Positions 19,132 through 29,768 of a stretch of 64,000 nucleotides of DNA are shown here, in pieces (within the stretch, counting starts at the first letter, position 1; every line of letters starts with the position of its first letter). Position numbers and translations under genes: made by a program. The DNA lies in contig CAUSAR010000002.1 in the NCBI GenBank assembly GCA_963529735.1, forward strand, positions 308-64,307, written 5' to 3'. The notes under the pieces are model-generated. The model was not told the DNA's origin and made no database searches. It saw only the letters and a program-made list of their open reading frames with translations. The stretch comes from an uncultured Campylobacter sp. (GTDB taxonomy: Bacteria; Campylobacterota; Campylobacteria; Campylobacterales; Campylobacteraceae).

Positions 19132-21057
19132 TTAAAAAATCAACCCCTCGTCGTCTTGTTTGATTAGCGTATCTTGCGCGTCTTGTTTCGGTACTGGCGA
19201 GATCTTTGTATAGACCTCGATCAGACCCTCGTACGCAGTGTGAAAGACGCCCTCCGGCTCGATGAAGGTTTTTTGTTTTAGCGGGTACTCTTTCATGTAG
19301 CTTTCCATAAATTTCTTAAACACCGGAGCTGCCGTACGTCCGCCGCCCTCGACCTTTCGCATCGGCGTGTTGTCGTCGTTGCCGTACCACACGACCACCT
19401 CGACTTCAGGCGTAAATCCGCAAAACCATGCGTCGATGTTGTTATTTGTCGTGCCGGTCTTGCCCGCGACCTGCACGCCGTTTAGCCTCGCGCTTTGTCC
19501 CGTGCCGCGCTCCACGACCGTTTTCATCATATCAGTCATCAGGTATGCCTGCTCGGGCTCGGTGACGAACGTTCGCTCAGGCTCAAAAACCGCTTCTAAA
19601 TTTTGATAGTTTATGATGCGTTTTACCAGGCTTGGCTCCACGATCTCGCCGCCGTTTGGAAACATCGAGTAAAATTTAGCAAACTCCAATGGCGAGATGC
19701 CAAAGCTGCCAAGCGCGATGGATAGGTTTTTAGGGATGTTTTTAAAGCCCATTTCGGTTAGTTTTTTATACGCCGTATCAAGCCCGATCTCGTCGAGCAA
19801 ATTTATTGTGGCGAGGTTGCGCGACTGGCGTAGAGCCTCTCGCAGCGTGATATAGCCCTGGAAGCCGCCGCTGTAGTTTTTCGGTCGCCACTCGTACTGG
19901 CTGCCTTCGTTAAAAACCCTTGATATATCGGCTGCCTTGCTCATAGGCGAGTAGCCCATGTCTAGGGCGATCTGATAGATAAAGGGCTTAAAGCTAGAGC
20001 CTGGCTGGCGCATACTCTGCGTAGCGCGGTTGTAGCTACTTTTGGCGTAGTCTACGCCGCCTACTAGCGCGAGGATCTCGCCCGTTTTGGGTAGCGTAAC
20101 GACGATAGCGCCGTTTAGGATACTGGCGTTTGCGTCTTTGTTACGCTTTAGTATCTCGTTGTAGCCGTATTTTAGCGCCTCGGACGCCATATCTTGCACC
20201 TTTAAATCGACGCTGGTTTCGATGACGTAGCCGCCGGTTTTTATATCCTCAAAGCGCTTTGAGGCCTCTTTTAGCACTTCGTCCACGATGTACGGGGCTT
20301 TGTTTTGCGTGAGAGTGTCGTCAAAAACTACGGGCTGCTCGACTAGCGCGGCTTTGTACTCTGCGTCGCTGATCCAACCTAACGCGTTCATCCTTGCTAT
20401 GACGTTGTTTGCGCGGCTAAGCGATAGATCTAGGTGGCGGGTCGGGTCGTAGGTGCTAGGCGCTTTTGGTAAGCCCACTAGGATAGCGATCTCCTTTAGC
20501 GTGAGCTCGTCAAGCTCCTTTCTAAAGTATCCCTTTGCTGCGGTTTTTATGCCGTGATAGCCGTGTCCTAGATAGACGTGGTTTAGGTAGCGCTCTAGGA
20601 TTTGCTCTTTGGTTAGCTCGTTTTCCAGCTTCATCGAGATGATCATCTCTTTTAGCTTACGGGTTAGCTTTTTTTCTCTGGTTAATACCATGTTTTTAAC
20701 GAGCTGTTGCGTGAGCGTGCTCGCGCCCTCGACTAGTTTACCCGCCTTTATGTCCTTAACGATAGCTCGCGTGATGGCCTCGGGATTTACGCCGCCGTGT
20801 TCAAAAAAGCTCGTATCCTCGATAGCTACCAGTGCCTCGATGACACGCGGAGGGATATCCTCGTACTTGACGTAGATTCTGTTTTCGTCAAAGATATTTG
20901 CGATGAGTTCGCCGTTTCTATCGTAAATTTGAGTCGTGAGCTTTGGCTTAAAATCGATGATATTTGACGCGTCAAATGTGACTTGCGAATAAAGATAAAC
21001 AAATGCCGCGCTCAGTGAAACAAAGATAATAAACAAAATCGAAGCTAGAATTCTCAT
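19132..21057 (-). CDS. pbpA: Penicillin-binding protein 1A (bifunctional glycosyltransferase/transpeptidase)
   Basis: Shows the GT51 motifs EDTSFFEHGG and GASTLTQQL, and the transpeptidase motifs SSFKP, SRN and KTGTT. I place the start at the internal ATG (MRILASILFIIF TM anchor), which gives an ATGA overlap with the maf stop. Confidence 0.93.
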   Translation of the reverse strand: MRILASILFIIFVSLSAAFVYLYSQVTFDASNIIDFKPKLTTQIYDRNGELIANIFDENRIYVKYEDIPPRVIEALVAIEDTSFFEHGGVNPEAITRAIVKDIKAGKLVEGASTLTQQLVKNMVLTREKKLTRKLKEMIISMKLENELTKEQILERYLNHVYLGHGYHGIKTAAKGYFRKELDELTLKEIAILVGLPKAPSTYDPTRHLDLSLSRANNVIARMNALGWISDAEYKAALVEQPVVFDDTLTQNKAPYIVDEVLKEASKRFEDIKTGGYVIETSVDLKVQDMASEALKYGYNEILKRNKDANASILNGAIVVTLPKTGEILALVGGVDYAKSSYNRATQSMRQPGSSFKPFIYQIALDMGYSPMSKAADISRVFNEGSQYEWRPKNYSGGFQGYITLREALRQSRNLATINLLDEIGLDTAYKKLTEMGFKNIPKNLSIALGSFGISPLEFAKFYSMFPNGGEIVEPSLVKRIINYQNLEAVFEPERTFVTEPEQAYLMTDMMKTVVERGTGQSARLNGVQVAGKTGTTNNNIDAWFCGFTPEVEVVVWYGNDDNTPMRKVEGGGRTAAPVFKKFMESYMKEYPLKQKTFIEPEGVFHTAYEGLIEVYTKISPVPKQDAQDTLIKQDDEGLIF

Positions 21058-21602
21058 AAAAAGGCCTTTAAAATTTTCACGTTTAGCCCCATTGCGGTGC
21101 CAGTTTCGCCGTTTTGGCTTAGGATGTATTTTTTGTTGAAATTTTCTATCGTCATGGCTCCGGCCTTGCCCCTCCATAGATCTCCCGATAGGTAGTTTTG
21201 TAGGTCGGCTTCGTCAAATTTAGCAAATTTATACTCGGTAAAGCTGACGTTAAAAAGCTCGAATTTCTCGCCCAAAAATATCATCGCGGTTACGATCCTA
21301 GCGACGTTGCCGCTTTGCATTAGCAGCATTTTTAGCGCCTCTTGTTCGTCTTTAGCTTTGCCTAAAATTTTGCCGTCGCATACGACGACGCTATCTGCGA
21401 AAACGACGTTTTTTGCGCCGTCGTTTGCTTTTAAAAATTGCTCTTTTTTTGCCGCGACGATCTTTTGGACGTAGACGTGCGGCGGCAAATTTTTATCCAC
21501 GCCGCCCTCGTCGTAGTCGAAAAAAACCTGCTCAAATTTAACGCCGTGATCTCGCAAAACCTTAGCCCTCGTAACTGAGCTCGAAGCCAAAATAATCATC
21601 AA
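21054..21602 (-). CDS. maf: Maf-like nucleoside triphosphate pyrophosphatase (septum formation protein)
   Basis: The N-terminus IILASSSVTRAKVL and the 182-aa length fit Maf. Its position next to pbpA/alaS matches C. jejuni. Confidence 0.85.
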   Translation of the reverse strand: MMIILASSSVTRAKVLRDHGVKFEQVFFDYDEGGVDKNLPPHVYVQKIVAAKKEQFLKANDGAKNVVFADSVVVCDGKILGKAKDEQEALKMLLMQSGNVARIVTAMIFLGEKFELFNVSFTEYKFAKFDEADLQNYLSGDLWRGKAGAMTIENFNKKYILSQNGETGTAMGLNVKILKAFL

Positions 21603-22093
21603 AACTCCCTATAAGATACGCCAAGATACGCCGCCAGCAGCGCAAACGCGACGTTTAGCGGGATGAAGTAGTAAATCGTAACTATGAGGTTCTCGTGAAG
21701 CTCGATGTATTCGCTATTTTGCAGAGATTTTGAGGCTTTGTTTAGGCGGTACGTGACGTAAATAACGTTTAAAAATAAAAACCCCCAGATCGCCCATTTT
21801 GTCGTTAAAATCGTATTTAGCATCGGATCGGCGTTTTTGATCGCGTTTTGCTTGGCTAGTATCGCGCCGGTTACGCCCATTACGGCGATCGAGCCGTAGA
21901 TAGCGTAGCCGAGGCGCTTTAGCATGGAGATTATCGTTTGGTATTTTTGCGTGTCGCCTTCGATATTTTTCATAAAAAATTTAGCGATGAGTAAAAAATT
22001 TGCTTGAAATCCGATAAAAACGACTACTGAGAGGATGTGGATAAAGGGTAGGGCGCTGCTAATCTTTGCAAAAGCTATGTTAAATTCGGGCAT
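21599..22093 (-). CDS. Small integral membrane protein (about 4 TM), function unknown
   Basis: 164-aa hydrophobic ORF with a 4-nt overlap with maf. Confidence 0.6.
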   Translation of the reverse strand: MPEFNIAFAKISSALPFIHILSVVVFIGFQANFLLIAKFFMKNIEGDTQKYQTIISMLKRLGYAIYGSIAVMGVTGAILAKQNAIKNADPMLNTILTTKWAIWGFLFLNVIYVTYRLNKASKSLQNSEYIELHENLIVTIYYFIPLNVAFALLAAYLGVSYREF

Positions 22094-22360
22094 TTGTCCT
22101 CTTTGATCTAAAATTTTCTCGCGCTAAAGTAAATTTGACGGCGATGAAACTCGGCGCCAAAATGCGCGAATAAAATAAACTCATAAACTTATATTTTCCT
22201 TTAAATTTTATATCGACTCGTAAAAGGCAAATTTCCAAATTTGCCTTACGGCGTCAAATTTGATCTTGCCACAACCAGCTCAAATTTGCTTTTAATTCCA
22301 CGCCGCAAAAAACCGCGGTCAAATTTAAGTGATTTTTTTTAAATTTGACCGACGCCAAGC
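22094..22360. repeat. Intergenic spacer densely seeded with AAATTT
   Basis: About 9 AAATTT copies in 267 bp by eye, including GGCAAATTTCCAAATTTGCC. Confidence 0.8.
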
Positions 22361-24910
22361 CTATTTTTCAAGTTTGATTTTAGCAAACTCAAACGCCTGC
22401 CTGATCGCATCCTCGATCGCAAGTACGTTTTTACCGCCTGCGGTTGCGAAGTCATCCTTGCCCCCGCCGTTTCCGCCTAAAATTTGAGCCGTAAATTTGA
22501 CCCACTCGCCGGCTTTTAACGGCGCGTTTTTCACGCCTGCAGCCAGAGCGATTTTACCCTCTTCGTTTACTTGTACGAGCAGGATCGCCGCCTTTTCGTT
22601 CTCGTTTTTAAACTCGTCTATGGTCGCCTTTATGTCGCCGCCGTCAAGCACAGCGACGCAAAGCTTGGTCTCGTTTACGTTTACCACGGCTAGCGCATGC
22701 GCGTCTTTGGCCTGCCTAGATTTATCTTTTAGGCTTTTTATCTCGGCTTTTAGTTTTTTTACCGCGTTCATAGGCTCGGCGCTTTTTAGTTCGGTTTTTA
22801 GCTCTTCGATCTCTCCGCGCCAGGCTTTTGCGAGATTTAGCGCGGCTTTAGAGCACACGGCCTCGATCCTGCGTACGCCCGCACTCACGCCGCCTTCTTT
22901 AGTGATGAAAAACGCGCCGATCTGGCTTAAATTTGCCACGTGCGTACCGCCGCAAAGCTCCTTGCTAACCTCGCCGAAGCTTAGCACGCGCACTTTATCG
23001 GCATATTTTTCGCCAAAAAGAGCGATAGCGCCGCTGTTTTTGGCATCCTCGATGTCCATTATCTCGGTTTTTGCCGCGATACTTTCGGCGATTGCGCTAT
23101 TGACGAAATTTTCGATCTTCGTTAGTTCCTCCGCCGTCACGGCCTTTGGATGCGAGAAGTCAAATCTGAGCCTGCTAGCCTCTACACTAGATCCAGCCTG
23201 CGCGATATGCGTTCCTAGAACGCTTCTAAGCGCGGCATGGAGTAGGTGCGTGGCGCTGTGATGGCGCGCTATCTCGGCTCTTTGCTCGCTTACTTTTAGC
23301 TTCACGGAGTCGCCGACTTTAAGCTCTTTTTTAACCGCGACGTTTGATAAATTTAGTCCGAAAAACTTCTGCGTATCTAGCACGTCGGCCGCGCCCGCGA
23401 TCTCGCCGCTGTCACCTGCCTGGCCGCCGCTTTGCGCGTAAAAAGGCGTCACGTCAAACATCGCCCAGCCTTGCTCGCCTGCTTTTAAAATTTGTGTTTC
23501 TTTGAAATCCTCGTCAAGCAGCGCTAAAACCTTGCTCGTGCGCTCAAGCTCCTCGTAGCCGCTAAATTTATTTTCGCCAAATTTTTCTAAAAGCGCTTTA
23601 AAATCGCCCTTTGCGCTCTTGTCGCCGCTGCCTTTCCAAGCAGCCTTAGCGCGCGCTTTTTGCTCGCTCATTAGCTCGTCAAATTTTGCTTCATCGACTT
23701 TGAGCCCTTTTTCGCGTAGCATGTCAGCCGTGAGGTCTAGCGGGAAGCCGAACGTATCGTAAAGCTTAAATGCAGCCTCGCCGCTAAAAATATCTTTCGT
23801 GCGCGCTAGCTCGCTCTCAAAAAGCTCGAGTCCGCTCGCTATTGTGGCTAAAAACCTCTCTTCCTCGAGTCTGATTTGCTCTTTTACAGCCTCTTTTTTC
23901 TCGTTTAGGTAGGCGTAGTGGCCGCCCATTAGCTCGCAGACTTTATCGACGAGGCGGTACATGAATGGCTCTTTTATACCTAGCAAATATCCGTGTCTAA
24001 TCGCACGGCGAAGGATACGGCGAAGCACGTAGCCGCGACCTTCTTTGTCAAACGTCATACCTTGAGCTAGCAGGAAAGTCACAGAGCGGATATGATCGCT
24101 GATGACGCGGTAGCTAGCGCCGCTCTCATACGCGTACGGCTTGCCACAAAGCGCGGCTACTTCGTTTATAAGCGGCATAAAAAGCGAGCTGTCATAGTTG
24201 CTAAATTTGCCTTCCATTATCGCCGTGACGCGCTCAAGCCCCATGCCCGTGTCGATGCTAGGCTTTGGTAGCGGAGTCAGCTTGCCGTCGCTGCTGCGCT
24301 CGTACTGCATGAAGACTAGGTTCCAAATTTCAAGAAATCTATCGCCGTCGCCGCCCATGTAGTCCTCAGGCGTGTTAAAGTGCTCGCCGCCTTGGTCGTA
24401 AAAGATCTCCGAGCACGGTCCACACGGTCCCGTATCGCCCATCTGCCAGAAGTTATCGTGATCGCCGAATCTATAAATGCGCTCCTTTGCTATATGCTGC
24501 TCCCATAGCGCAAACGCCTCGTCGTCGCTCTCGTGGACGGTCACGTAGAGGCGGTCTTTTGGTAGTTTTAGCACCTGCGTGACGAACTCCCACGCGTACG
24601 CGATCGCGTCTTTTTTGAAGTATTCTCCGAAGCTAAAATTTCCGAGCATCTCAAAAAACGTGTGATGGCGCGCGGTGTAGCCGACGTTGTCTAGGTCGTT
24701 GTGCTTGCCGCCTGCGCGGATGCAGGTCTGACAGCTCGTGCGGATCGGCGGAGTAGGGCGCGGCACTTCGCCGGTGAAAATACTTTTAAACGGCACCATG
24801 CCGGCGTTTGTAAAAAGTAGCGTAGCGTCGTTTGGCACTAGGGGTGCGGACGGGATGATCTCATGACCTTTGCTTGCAAAAAAATTTAAATAAGCTTCTC
24901 TAATATCCAT
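22361..24910 (-). CDS. alaS: Alanine--tRNA ligase
   Basis: 849 aa. Shows [23 protein letters not shown], the [12 protein letters not shown] editing-domain zinc motif and the C-terminal DHHA1 region. Confidence 0.98.
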   Translation of the reverse strand: MDIREAYLNFFASKGHEIIPSAPLVPNDATLLFTNAGMVPFKSIFTGEVPRPTPPIRTSCQTCIRAGGKHNDLDNVGYTARHHTFFEMLGNFSFGEYFKKDAIAYAWEFVTQVLKLPKDRLYVTVHESDDEAFALWEQHIAKERIYRFGDHDNFWQMGDTGPCGPCSEIFYDQGGEHFNTPEDYMGGDGDRFLEIWNLVFMQYERSSDGKLTPLPKPSIDTGMGLERVTAIMEGKFSNYDSSLFMPLINEVAALCGKPYAYESGASYRVISDHIRSVTFLLAQGMTFDKEGRGYVLRRILRRAIRHGYLLGIKEPFMYRLVDKVCELMGGHYAYLNEKKEAVKEQIRLEEERFLATIASGLELFESELARTKDIFSGEAAFKLYDTFGFPLDLTADMLREKGLKVDEAKFDELMSEQKARAKAAWKGSGDKSAKGDFKALLEKFGENKFSGYEELERTSKVLALLDEDFKETQILKAGEQGWAMFDVTPFYAQSGGQAGDSGEIAGAADVLDTQKFFGLNLSNVAVKKELKVGDSVKLKVSEQRAEIARHHSATHLLHAALRSVLGTHIAQAGSSVEASRLRFDFSHPKAVTAEELTKIENFVNSAIAESIAAKTEIMDIEDAKNSGAIALFGEKYADKVRVLSFGEVSKELCGGTHVANLSQIGAFFITKEGGVSAGVRRIEAVCSKAALNLAKAWRGEIEELKTELKSAEPMNAVKKLKAEIKSLKDKSRQAKDAHALAVVNVNETKLCVAVLDGGDIKATIDEFKNENEKAAILLVQVNEEGKIALAAGVKNAPLKAGEWVKFTAQILGGNGGGKDDFATAGGKNVLAIEDAIRQAFEFAKIKLEK

Positions 24911-25089
24911 CGTTTTATTCCTGATTAAAGTTTTAAAATAGGGCTGATTTTAGCATAAATTTAATAAAACTTGTTTGAGGCCCGCTATAAAAAGGCGCCG
25001 GTAAAATTTAAAAATCGCTCGCATTATCCGTTTAATTACTATTTTTGTCTATAATTGCCCAAAAAACATTAAATTTTGGAAAAAAGATT

Positions 25090-25950
25090 ATGAAAAAACG
25101 AGTTGCGATAATAGGATTTGGAAACGACGCCAAACACTACTATAACGAGCTTCGTCGCTCCGAACACTTCGAGCTGGCGGCGATTTTTGACGGCGTTAAA
25201 AATCGCGAAATTTGCGGACGGATTCCTTTTTACGATAATATAAACGACCTTTTGGACTCCGTACGGATCGACGCTCTTATCGTCACTGATACGCACAAAT
25301 ATCTAAATTTGATACCTAAATGCCTAAATTTTATAAAATTTATCATGCTTGATCCTTGGCTTTGCAAATCAGGCGAGATAAGAGAGTTAAAATACTGCTT
25401 TAAATCCCAAAATATAGGCGCTTATGTGGCTTTTATAGATAGATTTAATCCCGTTATCGCCTCTATAAAAAAAGAACTTGCCAAAGAAAAAGATATTTTT
25501 TCGATAAATATCGCTCGAGGGTTTAGTAGGGGCGTAAATTTGCAGCTGGAAATCTTACAAAATATCGACCTAGCAAGGTTTGTAACGGGTAGCGAGGTGG
25601 TATTTGGCAACAAAATCTCTATCCAGAATGAAGATAAAAGAAGCGAAACCGACTCGCTTTTTCAGCTTAAATTTAAAAATCAAACCTTAGCCAGCATTCA
25701 CAACTCGAAGCGATTTAAAGCCGAGCGATTTACGATCGAATTTGCCGCGAGCGGAGGCGTGTATTTCGGCGATATGCTGGGCCTTAAGCTAAACAAATAC
25801 ACGCTTGAGGGGCAGCAAAATTTGAAAGTTTACGGCGACGTTTCGCCGATTAAAGCGTTGCTTAACGAGTTTTATCAAGCCTGCTGCGGCGCAAAAAGCG
25901 ATCTAAGTACGCTCGAAGACGCGCTAAAAGCTCAGGAGGTTTGTGAATGA
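25090..25950 (+). CDS. Gfo/Idh/MocA-like oxidoreductase
   Basis: KKRVAIIGFGNDAKHYY is a Rossmann N-terminus. It overlaps hemH by 4 nt, like the oxidoreductase next to hemH in C. jejuni. I prefer the ATG at 25090 over the TTG at 25045. Confidence 0.7.
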   Translation: MKKRVAIIGFGNDAKHYYNELRRSEHFELAAIFDGVKNREICGRIPFYDNINDLLDSVRIDALIVTDTHKYLNLIPKCLNFIKFIMLDPWLCKSGEIRELKYCFKSQNIGAYVAFIDRFNPVIASIKKELAKEKDIFSINIARGFSRGVNLQLEILQNIDLARFVTGSEVVFGNKISIQNEDKRSETDSLFQLKFKNQTLASIHNSKRFKAERFTIEFAASGGVYFGDMLGLKLNKYTLEGQQNLKVYGDVSPIKALLNEFYQACCGAKSDLSTLEDALKAQEVCE

Positions 25951-26879
25951 GACTTATTTTGCTACTAAATATGGGCGGACCAAACGACCTTAGCGAGGTT
26001 GAGGTATTTTTAAAAAATATGTTTAACGACCCTTATATCCTAGGGATAAAAAGCCCGCTTTTGCGCAAATTTGTTGCGTTTATGATAACCAAATCTCGCC
26101 TAAAAGCCGCGCAAAATAACTACCGTCAAATCGGCGGCAAATCGCCTATCTGTGAGCTTACGGCGAGACTATGCGGTAAAATTTCGCATTTTTTAGACGA
26201 TGATACTGCGGTAGCTTTTGCGATGAACTACACGCCGCCTTTTGCAAAAGATGTTTTGGCTGAGTTTACGGAGGCTTTGGAGATCGTTGTTTTTCCTCTC
26301 TACCCGCACCACTCGTTTACGACCGTAACGTCTAGTATAAGCGACTTTGAAAAGGCGCGAGCCGAGCTAAATTTAAAGGCGAAAGTAAAAATCGTTGAGC
26401 CGTTTTTTGAGGATGAGAGATATAACGAGGTCGTCGCGGACGACATCGAAAAAGCTGCGCGTAATCTAAACTCAGGCGAGATAACGCTGGTATTTTCGGC
26501 TCACTCTTTGCCGCAAAAGATGGTCGATGCGGGCGATATATATGAGGAGCATGTCAAGCGTCACGTTCAAATTTTAACCGAAATTTTAGAAAAGCGCGGG
26601 GTAAAATTTAAACAAATTTTGCTCGCATACCAGTCAAAGCTAGGCCCCGTAAAGTGGCTCGAACCATCGCTAAATCAGGCATTGGCTGAGTTAAAAGACA
26701 AAAAAGCGCTCGTTTATCCGATCTCGTTTTGTATCGATAACTCTGAAACCGTTTTTGAGCTGTCAAATGAATTTCGTCATATCGCCAGTGAGTTAAATTT
26801 TGATTTTTATGACGTCGTGGGCTGTCCAAATGATAGTGAAAAATTTGCTAAATTTATAGCAGACAAAGCTAAGGAATAA
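25947..26879 (+). CDS. hemH: Ferrochelatase
   Basis: Shows LLLNMGGPN, SAHSLP and the overall 310-aa ferrochelatase layout. Confidence 0.93.
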   Translation: MRLILLLNMGGPNDLSEVEVFLKNMFNDPYILGIKSPLLRKFVAFMITKSRLKAAQNNYRQIGGKSPICELTARLCGKISHFLDDDTAVAFAMNYTPPFAKDVLAEFTEALEIVVFPLYPHHSFTTVTSSISDFEKARAELNLKAKVKIVEPFFEDERYNEVVADDIEKAARNLNSGEITLVFSAHSLPQKMVDAGDIYEEHVKRHVQILTEILEKRGVKFKQILLAYQSKLGPVKWLEPSLNQALAELKDKKALVYPISFCIDNSETVFELSNEFRHIASELNFDFYDVVGCPNDSEKFAKFIADKAKE

Positions 26880-26919
26880 AATTTGCTTGCTATAGCATAT
26901 CTTTTATAAAGGATGCGAA

Positions 26920-27375
26920 ATGACGATCGAAGAGCAAAAATTTATCCAAAAGATTTTGGCCGAGCTTGCGCAAAAAGCCATAGAAAAGACTGCAAAGGCG
27001 GTAAAAGGCGCCGACTTTGAAAAAGAGCTCAAAAAAGCCGTTGAGCCGATAAAAACCGCCAAAGAGCCCGATGTGGAAGGCTTTAAAAGGACTCTTACAG
27101 AGCTTGGCGCGGCAGGATTTTTATCGCAGATGAACGAACAAAAAATCCAGGAAAAACTAAGGGTCAAAAAAGAGGAGCTGATGGAGGCTTTAGGGCTAAA
27201 TGCTGATATGAAAAAAGGCCTAAGAGATGAGCTTGAAACCGTACTGGACGATCTTTTGAGCAAATACGAAAAGGAGCTACGAGCTAGTTTGCAAAGCAAC
27301 TCCTTGCTAGAAAAACAGCAATCTTTACAAAATAAAAATTCGTCGATGTTAAGTACGGTTTTGGGCATCGTGTAA
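26920..27375 (+). CDS. Hypothetical Lys/Glu-rich helical protein
   Basis: 151-aa ORF with an AAAGGA RBS. No family recognised. The mirror antisense ORF is rejected. Confidence 0.5.
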   Translation: MTIEEQKFIQKILAELAQKAIEKTAKAVKGADFEKELKKAVEPIKTAKEPDVEGFKRTLTELGAAGFLSQMNEQKIQEKLRVKKEELMEALGLNADMKKGLRDELETVLDDLLSKYEKELRASLQSNSLLEKQQSLQNKNSSMLSTVLGIV

Positions 27376-27757
27376 AATTAACGAAGTTTTAAGTCGCGGC
27401 GAGAATCGGCATGAAATTTGAATTTAATTAAGAATCAAAGCCTTAAAAGCTTGTCGAGGTTAAATTTGCATGTTTTGAGTGTGGTTGCCTATAGAGTTTT
27501 TAGTTGGTGAAAAAATTTCACATAAAATAGCTACTTTCTCTTACAATCATCAAATTTAAAAATAGCTTTTCAAATTTGATCTTGCTAAATTAAACAATCT
27601 TGTATTTAAAACTACCTATCGGTGTTGCACAAATTTGCTTATCATTAAAATTTAAGCAATGCGTCGCAAAGTTGGTAATAAATGATTGAAATTTGATTGG
27701 CAACTTTTGAGTATTTAAAAAAGCAAGAAGGCGAGAGTTTATCTCGCCCAAATTTGA
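27376..27757. repeat. Convergent intergenic spacer densely seeded with AAATTT
   Basis: About 9 AAATTT copies in 382 bp by eye. Confidence 0.75.
27730..27748 (-). terminator. Intrinsic terminator after hpf
   Basis: GGCGAGA-taaac-TCTCGCC on the minus strand, followed by TTCTTGCTTTTTT. Confidence 0.75.
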
Positions 27758-28294
27758 TTAATAAAGTCCGAATTTGCCGTCAGAGCGCTTGTAGATCACG
27801 CGCATTTTGGCGTCCATATCGTTAAATACGTAAAACTGCGCATCGCTATCTTTTAGCTTTTGCATAGCTTCCTCGATCTCTAGGGGTTTATATAGCTCAA
27901 GCTCCATAGGGATTATCTCATCTACCTCGCCGTCAGTCGTCTGCCCGTCTGCGATCGAGGCTCTAACAGCTTTGCCGTCGTCTTTGTTTTTGACGGTGGT
28001 GTTTTTGTCATGCTCGCGGCGAAGTACTTTTGACGCTCGCTCAAGTGCAAGATCGACTGCAGCGTATAGATCTTTATCTTTGTGGCGGATTACGATCGTG
28101 TCTTTTTTTGCCAAATTTAGCGCAAATTCTACGCTAAAGCCTTTTTTGCCGTTTTTTTCGTCCGCAGAAACTACGCAACGACCCGAAATAATATCCAGTC
28201 CGTATTTGTTAAGCGCATCAAATGCATTTTCTATGTGTTGTTTGATTGGGTCTGTTAGGTCAAATTGTTTACCTACGATGCTTAGATTCATCAT
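27758..28294 (-). CDS. hpf: Ribosome hibernation promoting factor (long HPF/RaiA family)
   Basis: NLSIVGKQFDLTDPIKQHIE is the S30AE N-terminus. The C-terminal dimerisation domain (FYVFNDMDAKMRVIYKRSDGKFGL) is present. The start may be the second ATG at 28291. Confidence 0.92.
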   Translation of the reverse strand: MMNLSIVGKQFDLTDPIKQHIENAFDALNKYGLDIISGRCVVSADEKNGKKGFSVEFALNLAKKDTIVIRHKDKDLYAAVDLALERASKVLRREHDKNTTVKNKDDGKAVRASIADGQTTDGEVDEIIPMELELYKPLEIEEAMQKLKDSDAQFYVFNDMDAKMRVIYKRSDGKFGLY

Positions 28295-28319
28295 CTCTCC
28301 TTTACGTTAAAGTGCTAAT

Positions 28320-28328
28320 ATTATAGCA
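28320..28328 (-). promoter_or_regulatory. Extended -10 promoter element for hpf
   Basis: A perfect TGCTATAAT (TGnTATAAT) lies on the minus strand about 26 nt upstream of the hpf start, inside the 48-bp gap after the pilin operon. Confidence 0.5.
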
Positions 28329-28342
28329 TATAAAGTATTGTT

Positions 28343-28825
28343 TTAGAGCTTCTGAATCGTGCGTCTGTGAATTCTTATCGGCGGGACATTGGCATTTGCC
28401 GACCTAACGACTACGTCTAATATAACCGTTCCGGCAGATTCCGGGGTCAGTATCGGCACTACCGCCGAACCTCTACCGGCAGCACCGTTGCAAGCTCCTA
28501 TGGTGCCGAGTGCCATATTTACTGTTACTGTTACTGTAAACAAAGAGGTGGCGACGTCGTTGGTTGGAAAAGTTGTTTGTAAAATAGGAGTAGGATTGCC
28601 CGCGTTTAAAAATGCGCAGTTTGCTACTTGCGTGAAATTTGTGTTTAGGAGATTGAAAACAGCTATCTCGGTAGCGCCCTGAGCCAAGAGTTCGGCTTGT
28701 TCTCGTAAAAACACGTCCGATGTTTGTTTTGCCGTAGTTGCAGAAGTATTTAGCGAAAACATAGCCAAAGTAGCTATCAAAACTATAAAAATAATCGCCG
28801 TTACTAAACTAAATCCTTTTCTCAT
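28343..28825 (-). CDS. Prepilin-type minor pseudopilin lacking Glu+5 (GspK/PilX/MshP-like position)
   Basis: The N-terminus MRKG|FSLVTAIIFIVLIATLAMF has a short basic leader, Gly-1, Phe+1 and a hydrophobic helix, but Thr at +5. The start at 28825 overlaps the upstream stop (TAATG). Confidence 0.75.
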   Translation of the reverse strand: MRKGFSLVTAIIFIVLIATLAMFSLNTSATTAKQTSDVFLREQAELLAQGATEIAVFNLLNTNFTQVANCAFLNAGNPTPILQTTFPTNDVATSLFTVTVTVNMALGTIGACNGAAGRGSAVVPILTPESAGTVILDVVVRSANANVPPIRIHRRTIQKL

Positions 28826-29763
28826 TAGTATATCGCCTTTGTTTTGCATACAGTAGTCTCGGCTTCTGCAGGCTCTAGCGATCTGCCGGCGTCCCTTATG
28901 CATAGTTTTAAAACTATAATACCGTTTGCTTCCGTAAAGTTAAATCTCGTTACGTTTGTAGCTAGCAGATCTGAGTTTCCGTTATTGTATTCTTGTCCTG
29001 CCCATGGACGAAAATTATAATGAAGGAATAAGCTAAAATCTCCATTGGCACTAGCCACGCCAGGAACTACCGCATAAGCCGTATGAAGCAAATAGTATTG
29101 TTCCGAGATAAGAGCATCTCTGTAGTTTGCTACACTTAGTATGTTATTTTGACCATTGGCTACTATGGTGCCTATGGAATTTGCATTCGTTCTGTTATAG
29201 CCAAAAGAAGTAGCGGGGTTAAGACTCATATTTTTAAACACTATGCCTATATTGCCGTTGGCTATGCTGGCTGCACTGTTGGTGAGATCTCTTATATTTT
29301 GATCGGCTGAGAAGTTAGGTGCAGCCGCGGCTACGGCCAATCTGCTTCCGGGAGTCGATATTGTTCCGCTTCTTGCGTTTCCGTCTATGTCTGCTATTGC
29401 GGTATTTGGACTACTCAGGTCTGCAAAACCGCTCCATCCTCCGTCCTGAAAGCTCTCGTAGCTATACGTCACCCACTCTAGTATAGAAAAGGTATTGTTT
29501 AGCCCCGCCGCGCTCGTAGATACGAAAGCTCCGTTTCCGTTGGCGGCCGGCTGTTTTCCTATTGTTGAACCCCTAACTCGTATGGCAAGTCTTTTTGAAA
29601 TTTGCTCTAGAACTAATTCGGTTTGCGTTTCTAGGGTATTGATGGCTCTGCTTTGGAGGTAGCTTCTATATATATTAAGAGTCATTTGGATGCCCATATG
29701 CGATAATAGTCCTATTATAACTATAACAACCATTAGTTCAAGTAGCGTAAAGGCTTTTTTCAT
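28825..29763 (-). CDS. Prepilin-type minor pseudopilin (large; PilW/GspJ/MshO-like size)
   Basis: The N-terminus MKKA|FTLLELMVVIVIIGLL is an N-methylation motif with Glu+5. The protein is 312 aa with a C-terminal Cys pair. Confidence 0.8.
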   Translation of the reverse strand: MKKAFTLLELMVVIVIIGLLSHMGIQMTLNIYRSYLQSRAINTLETQTELVLEQISKRLAIRVRGSTIGKQPAANGNGAFVSTSAAGLNNTFSILEWVTYSYESFQDGGWSGFADLSSPNTAIADIDGNARSGTISTPGSRLAVAAAAPNFSADQNIRDLTNSAASIANGNIGIVFKNMSLNPATSFGYNRTNANSIGTIVANGQNNILSVANYRDALISEQYYLLHTAYAVVPGVASANGDFSLFLHYNFRPWAGQEYNNGNSDLLATNVTRFNFTEANGIIVLKLCIRDAGRSLEPAEAETTVCKTKAIY

Positions 29764-29768
29764 TTTAT

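Noticed and set aside
21058-21177. 40-codon N-terminal extension of the PBP1A ORF (MEGQGRSHDD...)
   Set aside because: It overlaps the 3' end of maf in another frame. The internal ATG at 21057 begins the expected TM anchor and forms an ATGA overlap with the maf stop.
22497-23261. 254-aa ORF on the plus strand inside alaS
   Set aside because: It lies antisense to an unambiguous alaS coding sequence. The product is Ser/Ala/Phe-rich and low complexity, typical of a shadow ORF, and it has no RBS or family signal.
26904-27368. 154-aa minus-strand ORF mirroring 26920-27375
   Set aside because: The product is Ser/Phe/Leu-rich, an antisense artefact of a Lys/Glu-rich gene. The plus-strand ORF has an RBS and a helical-protein composition.
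28826-28903. 26-codon N-terminal extension of the 160-aa pseudopilin ORF
   Set aside because: It overlaps the upstream pilin gene. The prepilin leader motif (MRKG|F) starts at the internal ATG, which is coupled to the upstream stop (TAATG).
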